Shown here: piece by piece, positions 1 to 14,319 of the stretch
How positions within the stretch are numbered: position 1 is the first letter of the stretch
Layout of the letters: each line of letters opens with the position of its first letter
Assembly: GCF_964204645.1 (NCBI RefSeq)
Contig: NC_134028.1
Location: 14,763,653-14,827,652 of the forward strand
Reading direction: 5' to 3'
Length of the DNA: 64,000 nt
From: Tubulanus polymorphus
Lineage: Eukaryota > Animalia > Nemertea
Translations under genes and position numbers: made by a program
Notes under the pieces: generated by a model
Seen by the model: the letters and a program-made list of their open reading frames with translations, nothing else
Databases searched by the model: none
What the model was told of the DNA's origin: nothing

Positions 1-3000
1 GTAGTGAACTCTGTTGCAGAGTGCATGCTGAGCCAGTTTAGTGGCTTGTTGCTATGGTTTTGTACACAAATTCAGCAAGAGTGAATAACTAGCAAGATTT
101 CACAAGACATGCAGTCTTAGGAATGTAGAAGAATTTAAGTTCATCTTGTTGTTTTATACACTCTTATTGAATGATGACGTAGAGTTGATGGATGGCAAAG
201 CCTGGCAGTGATCCAGATAAAATAGTTACAGTTGTTAGAAAGGAGAGAATTTTCGAGGATTTTGCTCATTTCACAGAATATTCAACGAAAGAAGATATAT
301 CTGAGTTTAACAGATGTCATGTCACATATTTTTGTAATATATTTTCACAAAGCTCTAGGCATTTACACAACTGATATTTTTGTGGTTTTCACTCATAGAG
401 TAGTGGCATTATATTATATCTAGATAATAAGATAGCACACATTGAACTCCAATCTTCTACCCAGTCACTCTCTTTTGCGGATGCATCTATAATATATAGT
501 TTGAATCTAATTCAGACAAAGAATCATTGCTGATATTTATAATGAATTCGTCAACCAAATCATTTGCATTTTAAACTGACATGTGTAATAGGCCCTATTA
601 AAGAACTGAGTTGGTGGAGATGCAAGTTGTGTGTGTGTATGTGTAGTTATTCCCTCTTGGTGGACGCTGGACTACAGTGGGTCAGCACATCTGTGTTGGA
701 TCATTTGTGTAGCAGCTATCTGACAGCTCACAGCAGAAGCTGCTCTTTGATGTGGAGAAAAAGCCGCACGTCAACTCGTGAATAGACTTTATGCTTTGAA
801 TACAGTTCTGTGAATAGAAAATCCAAGTTTTTTAGTTGCTAAGAATCCACCGCTCAACAAAATGGCAACATCCAATAGGAAAACTATTGATTTATATAAC
901 ATCATTATGGAGCTATAAAACATGCCTGTTTTCAAAAGATTGCTTGGAACTGCGCAATTGCGCTGCCTGGTATACAGCGCGGGCATTCTGTTCGGTTTTA
1001 TTGTATAACGCTGCGCAAAACTAGCTGCTCTGTAATCATTGCGCGGAAATTTGCTCGGTTTCAATCGTTAGTAGCCCCGCGCAAATGCGAGCTGCTCCGA
1101 ACTCTGCTCAGCATTGTAAATATACAAGAGGACTTCAAAGTCCTTGAGTTCGAAGAAGTCTGATGTACGAATTATAAATCACATAGGCCTAAAACAAAGG
1201 CAAATTATGAAAAGAAATTGATATTCCATTAGAGAAGTTTGTTTAAAAAAATTCAATTTGTTTTCCGTTTCATCTATCATGATAATTATAATATTCTTAA
1301 GGCAAGCGAATTACATATGTGGACCTATTTCATTGAGGCGTATCACTCAATCTGAAAAGAAAAATCTTCCGATCCTGTCATGTGACTTAATGACTGCAAC
1401 TTGACGATAGCTTAGGTTCTCATTCTTCGAACCAAAAATACCAAGCGAAGGCATGATACTCGGCGACTTGCTCGGACCATCTGACACTGCTGACACACCT
1501 CTATGTGAACGCACCAACCTCTGAATGATTTGACCGTATCTGTCATTGGGTTTTTATATGCTACCCGAACAATAGATAATTATCTGGCCGAGTAATTACG
1601 CCGATCAGATTGACTTACTCGGCCGAGCACGATTTTTCTGCCGAGTAGTAACGCAACTTTGCTCGGATTACGTCTAGTAATAAGTAATTAACGCCGATGT
1701 TGACATTCGCTTAGAGATGATATTATACCACTGGAGCAAATAAAAAATATACAAATGTTCATTAGTCCTAGAACTACGTATCATTAAGTTTTTCTATGTT
1801 TGAACCAACTATTGGTGCACATTTTTCCCATGAAGAGTCTGGTGACGACAGCCGGGTGTTGTCAACAACATTTTTTTCTGGCTGATGTTTATTCTGAACA
1901 TTCTTCCGTTTGTTTATTCTTTAAGCTTATATTTGTAGCGCGACATGAATTATCTGTTACACTCAACAATTGACAGGCGATGACGGCTTCACGCGATACG
2001 ATCTTCGTCGAAGATGAATCTGTTATTTAATAAGCCAAGGCAATTATAGCCGTGGCTATCAATATAAAGGGTTTATTTTTTTTCATTTCAGTTATTGAAA
2101 ATATCAAGGAGCAGGCCGCATCCATGGGGCCCGATTATTTGATATTCATTGATTAACATAATTCATTAATTTAATAAGGGATATGGCAATCTTGAAATTT
2201 TGAAAATTACAATGATATTTGTTCCGATTACAATAAAAATGCACAGGACATCCATTTAGTTAGACAGCAGGAAAAGTCGTCACGCAGCGTACACGTGGTG
2301 AGCTTTTCACCAGTGCGCGTTGGTACTTAGCAGGACCATTTTCGTTTAGACATAAGCACCGGAAGTTTTGTTACACTCCGAGAGCATGGGATCTGCGTAA
2401 ATTGTTTTCAGAGATTTATGTAAAACTATCATGTCAACTTGACCAATTACGTTATCAGCAGGAAAAAAACAGGATTGCGATGATTCTGAGGAAAGGCCTC
2501 GTAAGCGGTCTAGAATATCCAGGTAAGGTCATCGAGAGCACGACGGCAACAACCTCATCAGCATCGGCACCATTACAAATCAAAAAAGAACACATGAAGA
2601 AAAACCAGAACCCAGTGTAGTAGGGTAAGCTATAAGCTATTAATGAAATACATTTGGAATAAAATAAACGGACCCTAAATCTCACCCCAACCTAACCCCC
2701 TGGACCCTTCCTAATCCTATTGAAACCCTAATCATAAACCCAATGATTTTGTTGTTAGGCCTATTTCATTCATTAATATTAAGTATATCTTATTATGTAA
2801 AGCTATTGGTAAACTAGGATTTCTAAAATAATGCCGCATTATTGGCAAAGTATCCACTTCCTATTTAACTTATTCCGCAAACCCCCAAACCCCCCTCATG
2901 GGCCTTCGCACCTTCGGTGCTCGCTCATCGGTTAAGAGGCATTGTTTCTGATGAAGTTATTTTTTCATGGCCTCGGCACCTACTAATTGCTTCCGTCGCC

Positions 3001-3003
3001 TCT

Positions 3004-4415
3004 GTTTTAGGAAGGGTTACTTCACAGAACATGCCCTTCTTGACTTCACTGACCAAATTTCCAAATTAACTGAAGATGGTTACGTTACTGTGGGAATATT
3101 CATCGACCTTTCAAAAGAATTCGACACAATCAACCAGGGCATACTCCTGAGTAAATTACAGAAACTTGGTGTACATGGTGTTCCCCAATCTTGGTTCACT
3201 AGCTATCTAAAAGATAGATCACAGTATGTTTTCTACAACGGTGGGTTTTCTTCAAAAAAATCTATTAATTGTGGAGAACCTCAAGGATCAATTCTCGGAC
3301 CTCTTCTATTCTTACTTTACATCAACGATATTACTAAAACCTCTCAACTCTTGACCTTCATCCTGTCCACATATGACACTACTATATTTTACAGGAATAA
3401 AGACCCAATAGGTCTCATTAATACAATTAACAATGAACTAAAGCGACTCTCTTCCTGATTTAGATTTAAAAAACTATATAATCTTTGGTAATGCTCGTCT
3501 CCCCCAGGGTTTCAATATAGTTTGAGACGATGTGATTATTGTACGAGCTGATACCTCGAAATTCTTAGGTGTATTAATTGACAGCAAGGTACATTGGTCA
3601 TATAAACTATATTTCTTCTAATGTTTCACGAGCAATCGTTTTGATGTAAAGAGCCCGTAGAGTTCTACCAAGATGCTTTCTAAATACCCTATTTAACTCC
3701 CTTGTACTCCCTTATTTTCTTAATTGCAACCTAGTGTGGGCACGGACCTACCCTATTCGACACCATCGATTAATCATTCTCCAAAAGAGAGCAATTCGCG
3801 TAGTATTCAATGCTCCATTTCTTGCATATATGGCCCCTCTGTTTAAACTTGGCAGATTTCTTACCCTAACTGATATCAATAATTTTCTTACAGCGGTCTT
3901 TATGTATAAACTAGTGCCATCATCTAGTGCCCGATAAATTCACGTATCTATTGTCTTTTACAAACGAGAGACAGGTAAGAATTCTACGCAATGCACAGGA
4001 TGTCGTTATACTGTATTTTCGCACAACCCATAAGTCATTCTCCATAAGTATCTCTGGTCCCAAAATCTGGAATAGCATCCCACATCAAATTTGTAATAGG
4101 TTGTCTTTTTCATCCTTTGGTTGTCTGTTTCTTCCTTTAAATATCATTTTAAGTGTCACCTCCTTTCCTGTAATTGGTGTATAATTCTATTCAAAAATAA
4201 CATAAAATCTTTATTTTATCCTAAACATTCTGCACTTATATTCAATTATATCCTCATCGCTGGTTTTCATCAATGTACTGCTCTATAGTTTTGCCAAAAT
4301 ACAGTTTTCTTTGTTTGGTCCCTGGCAATCTCATTATTATCTTTGCTCACATGTGTTACTACATGTTGTGACTAGTCTTCTTTTTGAGATTGCAAATGAA
4401 AATACAAAATACAAA
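3004..4415 (+). mobile_element. 5'-truncated, decayed CR1/L2-group non-LTR retrotransposon (RT and C-terminal region)
   Basis: ORF 2967-3458 has LINE RT motifs (FRKGxxTEHAL, GIFIDLSKxFDT, GxPQGSILGPLLFLLYINDI). Downstream frames continue with LQKRAIR and SGPKIWNSIP. It ends in a short AAATAC tandem tail near 4400-4415. Stops and frameshifts are present. Confidence 0.85.
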
Positions 4416-4484
4416 TGCGTTTTCCAGCGTCTTATAGGTGTACTGGAGAACTATATGAGAGAACCTCATGAGCTACATACTTAA

Positions 4485-5837
4485 AGGGTAACTGACACTT
4501 TTTTTTATTTCAAAATATGATGTATTCTATTGATCTATACACTCATCTTCAACCATTGTTCCAAAATGTTTAGTTCACGCGCCATTTGTGATTTTGTAAC
4601 ACAATTTTTGACCTCATTTCGTTGTTTACATCGCTTACTGTTCAGCATCGACTAAATCAGCAGGTGCGCGCTGCAATGTCATTAAAGGCAGAGCTGAGAA
4701 ATAGCATCTATAGAAATGCGTTGAATTTTAAGGAAACTGCGTGTATTTTCTGTTATATCCCAATGCCAGATTGTTGTACAGCTTTCAAAGTGGCCAGTGA
4801 GGTAAAAGGATCTATTGTCTATTACATAAACCTATTTCAAAGAATCAATGAGTAATTTGAATAGGCTAAATCGATCAAATTGAAGATGCAGATTTCAATC
4901 CGCTGCTATGAAGCTATTAAAGTACACTATGCTAAACTCTCAGCACTGTTACTGCTGCTCCATAGTTCACCTATAGTTCAGCACCACAAGCATACCAAAC
5001 AGTGTCTTATAAGCGATCACAGATTTCGATCTCGCTAAAGAATAAATAGATTCATATTCTTTACTATTTACTATTTTTCATAGTCATTTAAGACTTAAGT
5101 AGTTTGAAAACTAACACTTCAAAACTCTACAAAAACTTTCAATAAATTTCTACAGCGTTTACAACAAATATTCAAAGGAATAATGTTTTTCGATTAAAGT
5201 TTCACGCTGAAGATGAGTTTTGAAAGATTACATCACAAATCTTTCACAAACATTATTTCTAAGTTTTAAAATAGGATGGATGAGGAAATATTCTAATTTT
5301 GTGACCAAAGCCGCTACCAATATTTCAAGAAAAGAATTGAAATTGTTCTTGCGGCTAATTCTAAGTTTCATCAGTACATAAGTCAAAATATTCTTAGATC
5401 TAACCATGATCTTACTTACTATCACTAAATGGTAATACAAAACGATGATTTAAACATCCGTGTTCCTTGCTGTCTACTAGACAGTAGGTCCGTTCAACAG
5501 CTAATTATAATCATTGATATGTAGACTTTCAAAATCAAGAGGCATTTTGTCTCAATTCGAATGCCAAATAAGTATAAAATTAAGTTGAATTGCTCTTGTA
5601 GCTTATTTCCTATTCATTTCTATAGACATCATTTCCGAGCCGTCACTTTATGGACGTAGTTCTATTAATAGACACAGTACCACGCGTTCAGCAGAAGCAA
5701 TGTATACACTGAACAGGTGCGCGAACATCAAAATCATCAATTCTGACTAGACTGAAAAGATTTTTCCAATTATGAAATCTATGATATATCGTTTAGCGTA
5801 AAAAGTAGAAAATCTTTAAAAAAGAGTCAGTTACCCT
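4485..5837. mobile_element. Non-autonomous Kolobok DNA transposon
   Basis: TTAA|AGGGTAACTGACAC ... GAGTCAGTTACCCT|TTAA, with TTAA duplicated at 4481-84 and 5838-41. The subterminal sequence matches the element at 33873-40212. A THAP-like start (MPDCCTAF) and the KolX start (MMSIEMNRK, minus strand near 5630) survive as remnants. Confidence 0.85.
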
Positions 5838-7198
5838 TTAAACAATACATCGATACAAGCGTCTTGTAAAGGGCTACTGACCATTCAGTGCACAGTGTTG
5901 TCATATCGCGGAATCACGGAATCGCAGAATTTTCCAAAAACACAGAATTTTTAAATTTTCACTATACATAATAACCTTGTTTTTCCACAGGATACCCCTC
6001 GTTGGACAAGGCACCGGACGCATGTTTCCATTACCGGTACCTGGTAGGCTTATGTGATAATCTATTACTATCGTCACTCAACAAATTGACGATACTTCCA
6101 AATGAGAAAATGGAGAACCTACGTGGGCAATTAATCTATCAACAACGACTGCTGACCCCATCGCATTAACTTGTGCATCGGGCCTGCACGCCAGGCAGTG
6201 CGTCAGTTGAGACCGCATCTACGATTTCTGCGAATGTTACCATTAATAAACCTTCAACTAATTTAACAAATGCTGCATTGTAAAATGGATATTTGAAAAG
6301 AAGGTTTATTTAGACTGCACTGTTTCACTGGTTGTATTAAGACCAAACTGAGGTATGTTTATACTCAGTCAAGAGAATTATTCCAAAATGAACGATGTCA
6401 GACGAAAACAGATACACATTATCCATATTCTGGCTTTGGATTTCTAACGCACCACGTGCATGTAAATTCTGATTAATGCGAGTGGTGTATCTAGAAGAGC
6501 GAATAAAAGTTGAATGATATTTAAGATTATTAAAAAAAGGTATCTTTTTTAACTCTGTTATTTGTGAAGAGAAAGCTGATACTTAGTTGCTTCTACGTGT
6601 TGATTCATTGGGTCTAAAAACGTATTATCGGTACTAGACGGTGATTTCTATCAAAATAATTTTTAAGGAATCGCGGTACATGTTTGGTAGTAGCACAGTG
6701 ACCGACGAATAAAATCACCTCCTACTCAGTAACATTTTGACAACACTGTTTACACAATTGTCAAAGATAAGTTTTCTGTCGCATTGTCAAACTGATTCGA
6801 CTCAAGACTTATCAAAATGCTAATTGTTAGCCATAACATAAACCCGGATTTGATATCTAAAATCTTATATCTACAGCTATCCTGATAAGACCTGATCTCT
6901 GATTGGCTTCATGAAATTCTTTTTATTCTGTGAAGACTTAATTTCTGTTAAATGTACCGAGTGAATATTTTTTCCTGCGATTCAATAAAATAAATCTTAT
7001 TTTTGATAAAAACAGCTGACTGACAGACCCACTATGATGATGAACTATGTATGTTTGATGGCAAGTGTGCATCGCGTGAAAACAAGCCTGACGTGTGGCC
7101 TAGTTTAAGTTTTCCAAGAAACTGGCAGTGTTCCAATAAGCTACCTAACATTCTTAGTGACTATATTAAAGCTGGTAACATAAAAGCGCGCATATATA

Positions 7199-8241
7199 CA
7201 GTGCTTCATCTTGCCAAAATTAGAGGGGCGGTCCGCTCCGCCCCCGAAAATAGCCACCCTTGTGCCCTTCAGATGTGTCCCAAACTCGCCCTTATGCCCT
7301 CACCACTTGCCGTAGGTCTGCCCTCCTGCCCTCTTCAGTCACGAGTAATGAGTCAGGCTTTCTAAATAAGCCGTCGGCCATCGGATCCGACTGTTAGTAG
7401 AACTCCTGTTAGTAGAACGGCTATATCTCGTCTGATATCAATGATAGTATAAAAGCTGTGATCATTGGTTATATTTAAATGTACTGCAGTCAGTGTGCAT
7501 CGTGTGAAAACGTGCCTTAGACCCGTGGCCTAGTTTAAGTTTTTCCAGGAAATTAGCTGCCTTCCAAACTACTGCCAATTATTCTAGCGACTGTCGTTGT
7601 AAAGCCGGTAGTGTATTCGATGGATTGTTTCATTTTGAACACATCGTTGATGCTCTGGATCTTGTTTTCGAGACTATTAGACAAATTTTATATGCACAAG
7701 GTGAACTCACAGAGACACTTGCAAAGAGTTTGGGCAGCCTAATAGCATTAATGTGTTCCTAAGCTGGCTGCTTTCGAATTATCAACAGTTACTTGCCAAT
7801 CACTAGTTAGTGATTTATTAATTTGTTAGTGTTAAAACTATCAAATCAATTAATTTGATTTAAGAATCTGATTTAAGCATGTACATGAAATTTTCAATAA
7901 ATAAGCTTTTGTAACATCAAAATAACTAAATACACCGTTAAAGCAAGCAAGGTGTCAGTGAGCGGGGAAAGTTTTGCAACTGCTATTTCTTTGTCTGCAA
8001 CAGGTATTTCAAATCATTTTGAATGCCCTGTCTATCATATTATGGCAAAATCAGAGTTAAACATAGTTTTAGTCCTCAATCATAGTAGGGGGTACCTCTA
8101 TTCACTAGGGAACATTGCAGGTTGCCACAAAAACAGATGTGAGTGCGTCATTATGTGCCCCTGCTCCGATGGAATCATGCGCAAAAATGCCCTCATTTGA
8201 AATCAGCACCCCGCCCTTTTTTAATGCTAGACGAAGCACTG
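7199..8241. mobile_element. Non-autonomous TIR element (CAG termini, hAT-like MITE)
   Basis: TIRs CAGTGCTTCATCTTGC / GCTAGACGAAGCACTG, subterminal GCCC(C) repeats, and flanking ATATA on both sides. Confidence 0.65.
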
Positions 8242-8595
8242 ATATACAATGTACTGTTTCATTTTGCACACAGACATGACCCTCTAGCAGCAGTTTAGGC
8301 CTACAGTAGAATTATATCAAACTTCAATTACGTCATTGTAGAGAACATGTTTGCAACATCGTACCAAAGAGAAATAAGTTTTTTAAACAAGAGTTCATTA
8401 GAAATTAGGACATAAATACGGCCCAGTGTGATGCCTGCACTATGAAATCGATATTTATAAATTGAAAATCACCAGATAACGTATCATCAGCGCCAAGTGC
8501 ATCATATGGTTACTGTGATGTCAGCTGTCATGACGTCAGCAGCTGCAAGCTCTTAACACTTTAGCTACTGAGGCCTATTTTTGCCCTGTGCTGAG

Positions 8596-8890
8596 TGTTA
8601 CGTGCTTGTAATATATAATACTGTATAAATATTTGTTATTCACACATTCAATATTGTATTGCTTGAATGGTTCTGGGCAGTATTGGTCGTTCCTATTTTC
8701 ATGGTTATCCGAACATAACATTGAATTGCAATATAACCAGGAGGACCAGTACTGTCAGGAGTTCATTCTGCGACAACTTGTTGTACTGATAAGTACCTGG
8801 AAATATATTACGTGTATATACCGTGAAATGCCATGAGTTGTGTTTGTTGTCTGGCTGCTGGTTTCGTCATGGTTCTTTCTGACCGTAACA
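8596..8890 (+). repeat. 5' LTR
   Basis: TG...CA direct repeat, highly similar to 14028-14319. Confidence 0.95.
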
Positions 8891-8895
8891 GAAAT

Positions 8896-8912
8896 TGGGG
8901 GCTCGTCCGGGA
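8896..8912 (+). promoter_or_regulatory. Primer-binding site (tRNA-Pro)
   Basis: TGGGGGCTCGTCCGGGA just 3' of the 5' LTR, complementary to the tRNA-Pro 3' end. Confidence 0.9.
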
Positions 8913-9010
8913 AAGTGAAGCAGTTTTGTATTGGTTTGAATGAACTCCGGAGCCAAAGGTACTGTGCTATTTATTACCTTGGTCCCCGTCAGACTTTTTG
9001 TATTACAACC

Positions 9011-12000
9011 ATGGCTAATTCGTCGGCTGATATAGTAGATTCCTTTTTCATTTGCCCGTCGTGGGATTTGTTTGGGCGTATGCTCAAAACTGATCTTTTA
9101 AAACTTGCCAACTGATTCGAACTTCCGAATATTAAGTCAAACTTAAAAAAGCAAGAGATTAAGACTATGTTGTCTGAATACATTGACGCTAAGGAAATTA
9201 ATTCTACCGTGAAATCTTCGGAACAAGCTGAAGACACATCTCTCAAGCTGGACACATCTCTAGAAATTAGACGACTAGAACTACAATTTGAGACAAGCGA
9301 GAAGGAACGCGAATGGCAATTTCAACTAAAAATTCCTGAGATGGAGCTACAACAGATGACCTTAAAACGATTGGAATTCGAGCATTTTCAACACGCCGTT
9401 CCTCAACCGGAATTTGATGTCTCCAGACAGATACGAATGGTTCCGAAGTTCGCCGAAAAAGATGCGGATAAGTATTTTCTACATTTCGAGAAAGTGGCTG
9501 TTAGTTTGAATTGGCCAAAACACTGTTGGTCATTATTAGTACAAAGTGTGTTAACCGGTAAAGCACAAGAGGTGTATTCAGCTCTGTCACCCGAACAAAG
9601 TGCTGATTATGATACTGTAAAATCAATGATACTTAAAGCTTACGAATTAGTGCCAGAGGCATACAGACAAAACTTTAGAAATAGAAAGAAAAATGATTTC
9701 AAAACTTTCGTGGAATTCGCACATGAAAAACAATCATTGTTTAACCGTTGGTGTGATTCTAGACAAATTCAAAATGATTATGAGAAATTAAAACAATTAA
9801 TTTTGATTGAAGAGTTTAAACGTTGTGTTAGTCCGGAAATTCGTAATCATTTGGATAAACAAAAGGTCGTTGATATACAATCGCTGCCGTATCAGCTGAA
9901 GATTATGCATTAACACATTGATTTTCCAGTAAAAAAGATCACAGACTGAACCCAGTAAATTAAGCTGGTAAATCGACTCAAGATAAATCGAATGTTACGT
10001 GTCATTATTGTAAGCAACCGGGTCATATAATGTCTTCTTGTTTCAAATTGCAGAAAAAAAAAAGAAATGACCAGATTGAATCTATAAGCCTTTCGACTGA
10101 AAAGTCATCGACTGAAAAGTCTTTACACGACGTTCATGGTCGAATGACGTCTAAATACAAAGCATCGTTTCCACCATTTGTGATTGATGGTTCTGTTGCT
10201 GTGGATTCTGCATCTAACCGGGTAAGTATCAAAGTTTTAAGGGATACTGGGGCCTCCCAGTCTTTGTTACTGGAAGGTTTGATTCCTTTGTCGAATGATA
10301 CTTACACCGGGCAGAATGTTTTGTTAACAGGGGTGACCTCCGATTCTGATACTGTGTCGGGTTATGTTACTGTTGGAATACGCCAATTTTTGCCAGTTCC
10401 TGGTGTATCATTTATTCTCGGAAATGATTTAGCGGGTGGATTAGTCAAAATAAATCCTGTTGTTTCCAACATTCCAGATTTTGATTCTGAAACTGAACAA
10501 TTGGCTTCGGATATACCTGAGTTATTCCCCGATTGTGTTGTCACACGTTCGATGAAGCAACGATCTATAGATCTGTGTGACTCAGATAATGATTCCGTTA
10601 AAAAGGATTCGAAGCATGTTAATGAAGATGATTTAGAGGATACATTTTTAGCAAAGTTGCTGAATAATGTTAGTAGTAAAGTTCCTGATTTTAATAAAAT
10701 TAGTAAACTTAACTTGATAAGGTCTCAAGAAGAAGACCCTAGTTTGAAAATCTCGTTTAGTAGAGCTGTAAATACTGTTGATGAATTGAAAGACAGTCCT
10801 TCTGGTTATTTTTTACAATCTGGTGTTTTGATGAGGAAATGGCGTCCACCTGAAGTTTCCGCAAATAAGACTTGGAACATTTATTATCAGATTGTCTTGC
10901 CAGAGGTTTATCGAAAGGATATCCTTTATTTTGCTCACGAATTTGCTCTCGCTGGCCACTTTGGTGTGACTAAGACTTATTTGAAGGTTTGAGAACATTT
11001 TTTCTGGCCAGGAATCAAGGGGGATGTTAAGGTACATTGTAAGGCTTGTGATAGTTGTCAAGTTAACGGTAAACCGAATCAAATTATTCCTCCTGCCCCT
11101 TTGATACCTGTGTTAGCGTTTAATGAACCTTTTACACCGCTGCCTAAAACGAAATCAGGTCATGAGTATATATTGACTATAATGTGTAAGTCTTCTCGTT
11201 TCCCTGAGGCTGTTCCTTTGAAGCGAATAACAGCGCCCGTTGTATTAAAAGAATTGATAACTTTTTGTACAAAATATGCTTTACCGCGTTCAATACAATC
11301 TGATCGTGGCTCTAATTTTGTTTCTGGAATTATTCAGCAAGTGATGTATAAATTAGGAATAAAACAATTTACGTCATCTGCTTACCATCCTCAAAGTCAG
11401 GGGGCGTTAGAACGTTTTCATCAAACGCTAAAAACTATGCTACGTACATATTGCAATGAAAACAAGAAAGATTGGAATGATGGCATTCCCCTTCTGTTAT
11501 TTGCAGCGCACGATTCAATACAAGAATCCTTAGGCTATAGTCCGTTTGAGCTTGTTTTTGGACATAAAGTTAGAGGTCCGTAGAAAATGCTTAAGGAAAA
11601 ATGGTTAGCAGATGATGCAAACAAGGTTCCTTTACTAGAGTACGAACGAAATCAGGTCATGAGTATATATTGACTATAATGTGTAAGTCTTCTCGTTTCC
11701 CTGAGGCTGTTCCTTTGAAGTGAAAAACAGCGCCCGTTGTATTAAAAGAATTGATAACTTTTTGTACAAAATATGTTTTACCGCGTTCGATACAATCTGA
11801 TCGTGGCTCTAATTTTGTTTCTGGAATTATTCAGCAAGTGATGTATAAATTAGGAATAAAACAATTTACGTCATCTGCTTACCATCCTCAAAGTCAGGGG
11901 GCGTAAGAACATTTTCATCAAATGCTAAAAACTATGCTACGTACATATTGCAATGAAAACAAGAAAGATTGGAATGAGGGCATTCCCTTTCTGTTATTTA

Positions 12001-13963
12001 CGGCGCACGATTCAATACAAGAATCCTTAGGCTATAGTCCATTTGAGCTTGTTTTTGGACATAAAGTTAGAGGTCCGTTGAAAATGCTTAAGAAAAAATG
12101 GTTAGCAGATGATGCAAACAAGGTTCCTTTACTAGAGTACGTTTCAAACTTTAAAGAAAGACTCCATAACGCTTGGGAATGTGCCCGTAAACATTTGGAA
12201 AATGCTCAGAAGAAAATGAAAACTAAATTTGATTGCAAATCAAAAAACCGAACATTTAGTCCAGGAGACAAAGTATTAGTATTGTTTCCCGTTAAAGGCA
12301 ATGGGTTGAAGGATAAATTTCATGGGTCATATGTAATTGAAGAAAAAATCAATGATGTAAATTATATCATTTCTACTCCAGATAGGAGAAAGGATAAACA
12401 GTTATGCCATGTAAATATGTTTAAACGCTATTTTGAAAGGGAATCGCAAGACGGTAGTGTTTTGCTGGTTTCTGAATTATCAAATGATGAGAATTGTCCT
12501 TATAGGAAGTCTTCTTAAATGGCGTGACTGATAGTGAACCGTTTGAAAATAATGGTTTCTGTGAAGAAAAGGAATGTTCATTTCCAGATGTTATAACTGA
12601 GAACAAGTCTGTTTTAGAAAATATAGATTCAAAACTAGAACATTTACCTGTCGATCAACAATTAGATCTAAAAAGTCTTATTCACGAATATAAACATTTA
12701 TTTGTGGATGAACCAGGATTAACCAAAGTGATTAATCATGATGTCGATGTTGGTGATGCTGTATCAATAAAACAGCGTCAATATAGACCAAATCCTGAAA
12801 AAGCCGAAGCTATGAAGCAGGAAGTTTTGTCGATGTTAAAAATGGGTACTGCAAAACCCAGTGACAGTGAGTGGAGTTCGCCCTGTATTCTAGTGCCAAA
12901 ACCTGATGGTAAATGGAGATTCGTTTCAGACTATAGAAAAGTCAATTCAGTTACTAGAAGCGATTCATATCCAATGCCGAGAATTGATGATCTAATTGAC
13001 AAAATTGGTAAAGCTCGGTATATCTCTAAATTTGATCTAACGAAGGGATACTGGCAGGTTCCACTCACTGATGGCGCGAAGCATATTTCCGCTTTTGTCA
13101 CTCCAGAGGGTCTTTTCCAATACAAAGTCATGCCTTTTGGAATGAAAAACTCTGCCGCAACTTTTCAACGTTTAATGAATAGAGTAGTTCGTGGTTTAGT
13201 TTGCGTCGTCGTCTATTTAGATGACATTATAGTTTTTTCAAACACTTGGCAGGAACATGTATGTCAAATACTTACTTATTGCAGAATCTCACCGACGCAA
13301 ATCTTACAGTAAATCAGGAAAAACTGATTTTGGTCATGCCAGGGTGAAGTACTTAGGCCATATTGTAGGTCAAGGTCTTGTATCACCATTAGATTCAAAA
13401 ATTAAGACTATTTTGGACTTTCCGGAACCAGACAATAAACGTAGTTTAATGCGGTTTTTAGGCATGGCTGGGTATTACCGTAAGTTTTGTAGAAATTTCT
13501 CTACTATCACTTCTGTTCTAACCGAATTGCTAAAGAAGGATAAGAAATATATTTGGTTGGATAAATGTGTTCAGGCTTTTGCTAATGTTAAAAGGGTGTT
13601 TACAAGTAAGCCAGTACTCAAAGCTCCTGATTTTTCTGAACAGTTTAAACTGTATATTGATGCTAGTGACGTAGGCGCTGGGGCCGTACTTGTACATGAC
13701 GATGATAACCAGTTAGAACACCCCATATGCTATTATTCAAAAAAATGTTGGCTGTAGAAAATTTTGATGTATATCTAAGCATGCAAATTCATCCAGCTCT
13801 TGTATTTACAGACCATAGTCCATTAAAGTTTTTAGCTAATATGAAGAACAAAAACAAAAGGGTTATGAGATGGCTGCTGTTTCTACAGGAGTATGATCTA
13901 CAGATACAACATTTACCTGGCAAACGAAATGTAGTTGCTGATGCACTGTCACGTGGAATTTAA
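9011..13963 (+). pseudogene. gag-pol polyprotein pseudogene of the Gmr1-type element
   Basis: Gag with a SCAN-like capsid region (YFLHFEKVA...LKAYELVPEAYRQ) and zinc knuckle CHYCKQPGHIMSSC near 10000. Protease LRDTGA. Integrase HHCC plus IQSDRGSNF and YHPQSQGALER. RT with DLTKGYWQ and YLDD. RNase H with DASDVG and ADALSR. Multiple stops and frameshifts. Confidence 0.92.
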
Positions 13964-14027
13964 TTTGTGATTAGAACAAAAAATGTTAAGATAAAATCAA
14001 ATCAACATTTCTTTTTAAGGAGGGGTG

Positions 14028-14319
14028 TGTTACGTGCTTGTTATATATAATACTGTATAAATATTTGTTATTTACACATTCAATATCGTATTGCTTGAAT
14101 GGTTCTGGGTAGTATTGGTCGTTCCTATTTTCATGGTTATCCGAACATTGAATTGCGATATAACCAAGAGGACCAGTACTGTCAGGAGTTCATTCTGCGA
14201 CAACTTGTTGTACTGATAAGTACCTGGAAATATATTACGTGTATATACCATGAAATGCCATGAGTTGTGTGTTTGTTGTCTGGCTGCTGGTTTCGTTGTG
14301 GTTCTTTCTGACCGTAACA
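14028..14319 (+). repeat. 3' LTR
   Basis: Preceded by polypurine AAGGAGGGG and followed by TSD CTGAG. Confidence 0.95.

Larger units (their letters stand above)
8596..14319 (+). mobile_element. Full-length Gmr1-type Ty3/Gypsy LTR retrotransposon (gag-PR-IN-RT-RH), inactivated
   Basis: LTRs at 8596-8890 and 14028-14319 (TGTTACG...CGTAACA) with 5-bp TSD CTGAG. tRNA-Pro PBS at 8896-8912 and PPT at 14017-14027. The integrase lies upstream of RT. Confidence 0.95.

Noticed and set aside
1-800. Possible decayed coding sequence
   Set aside because: No identifiable motif in any frame.
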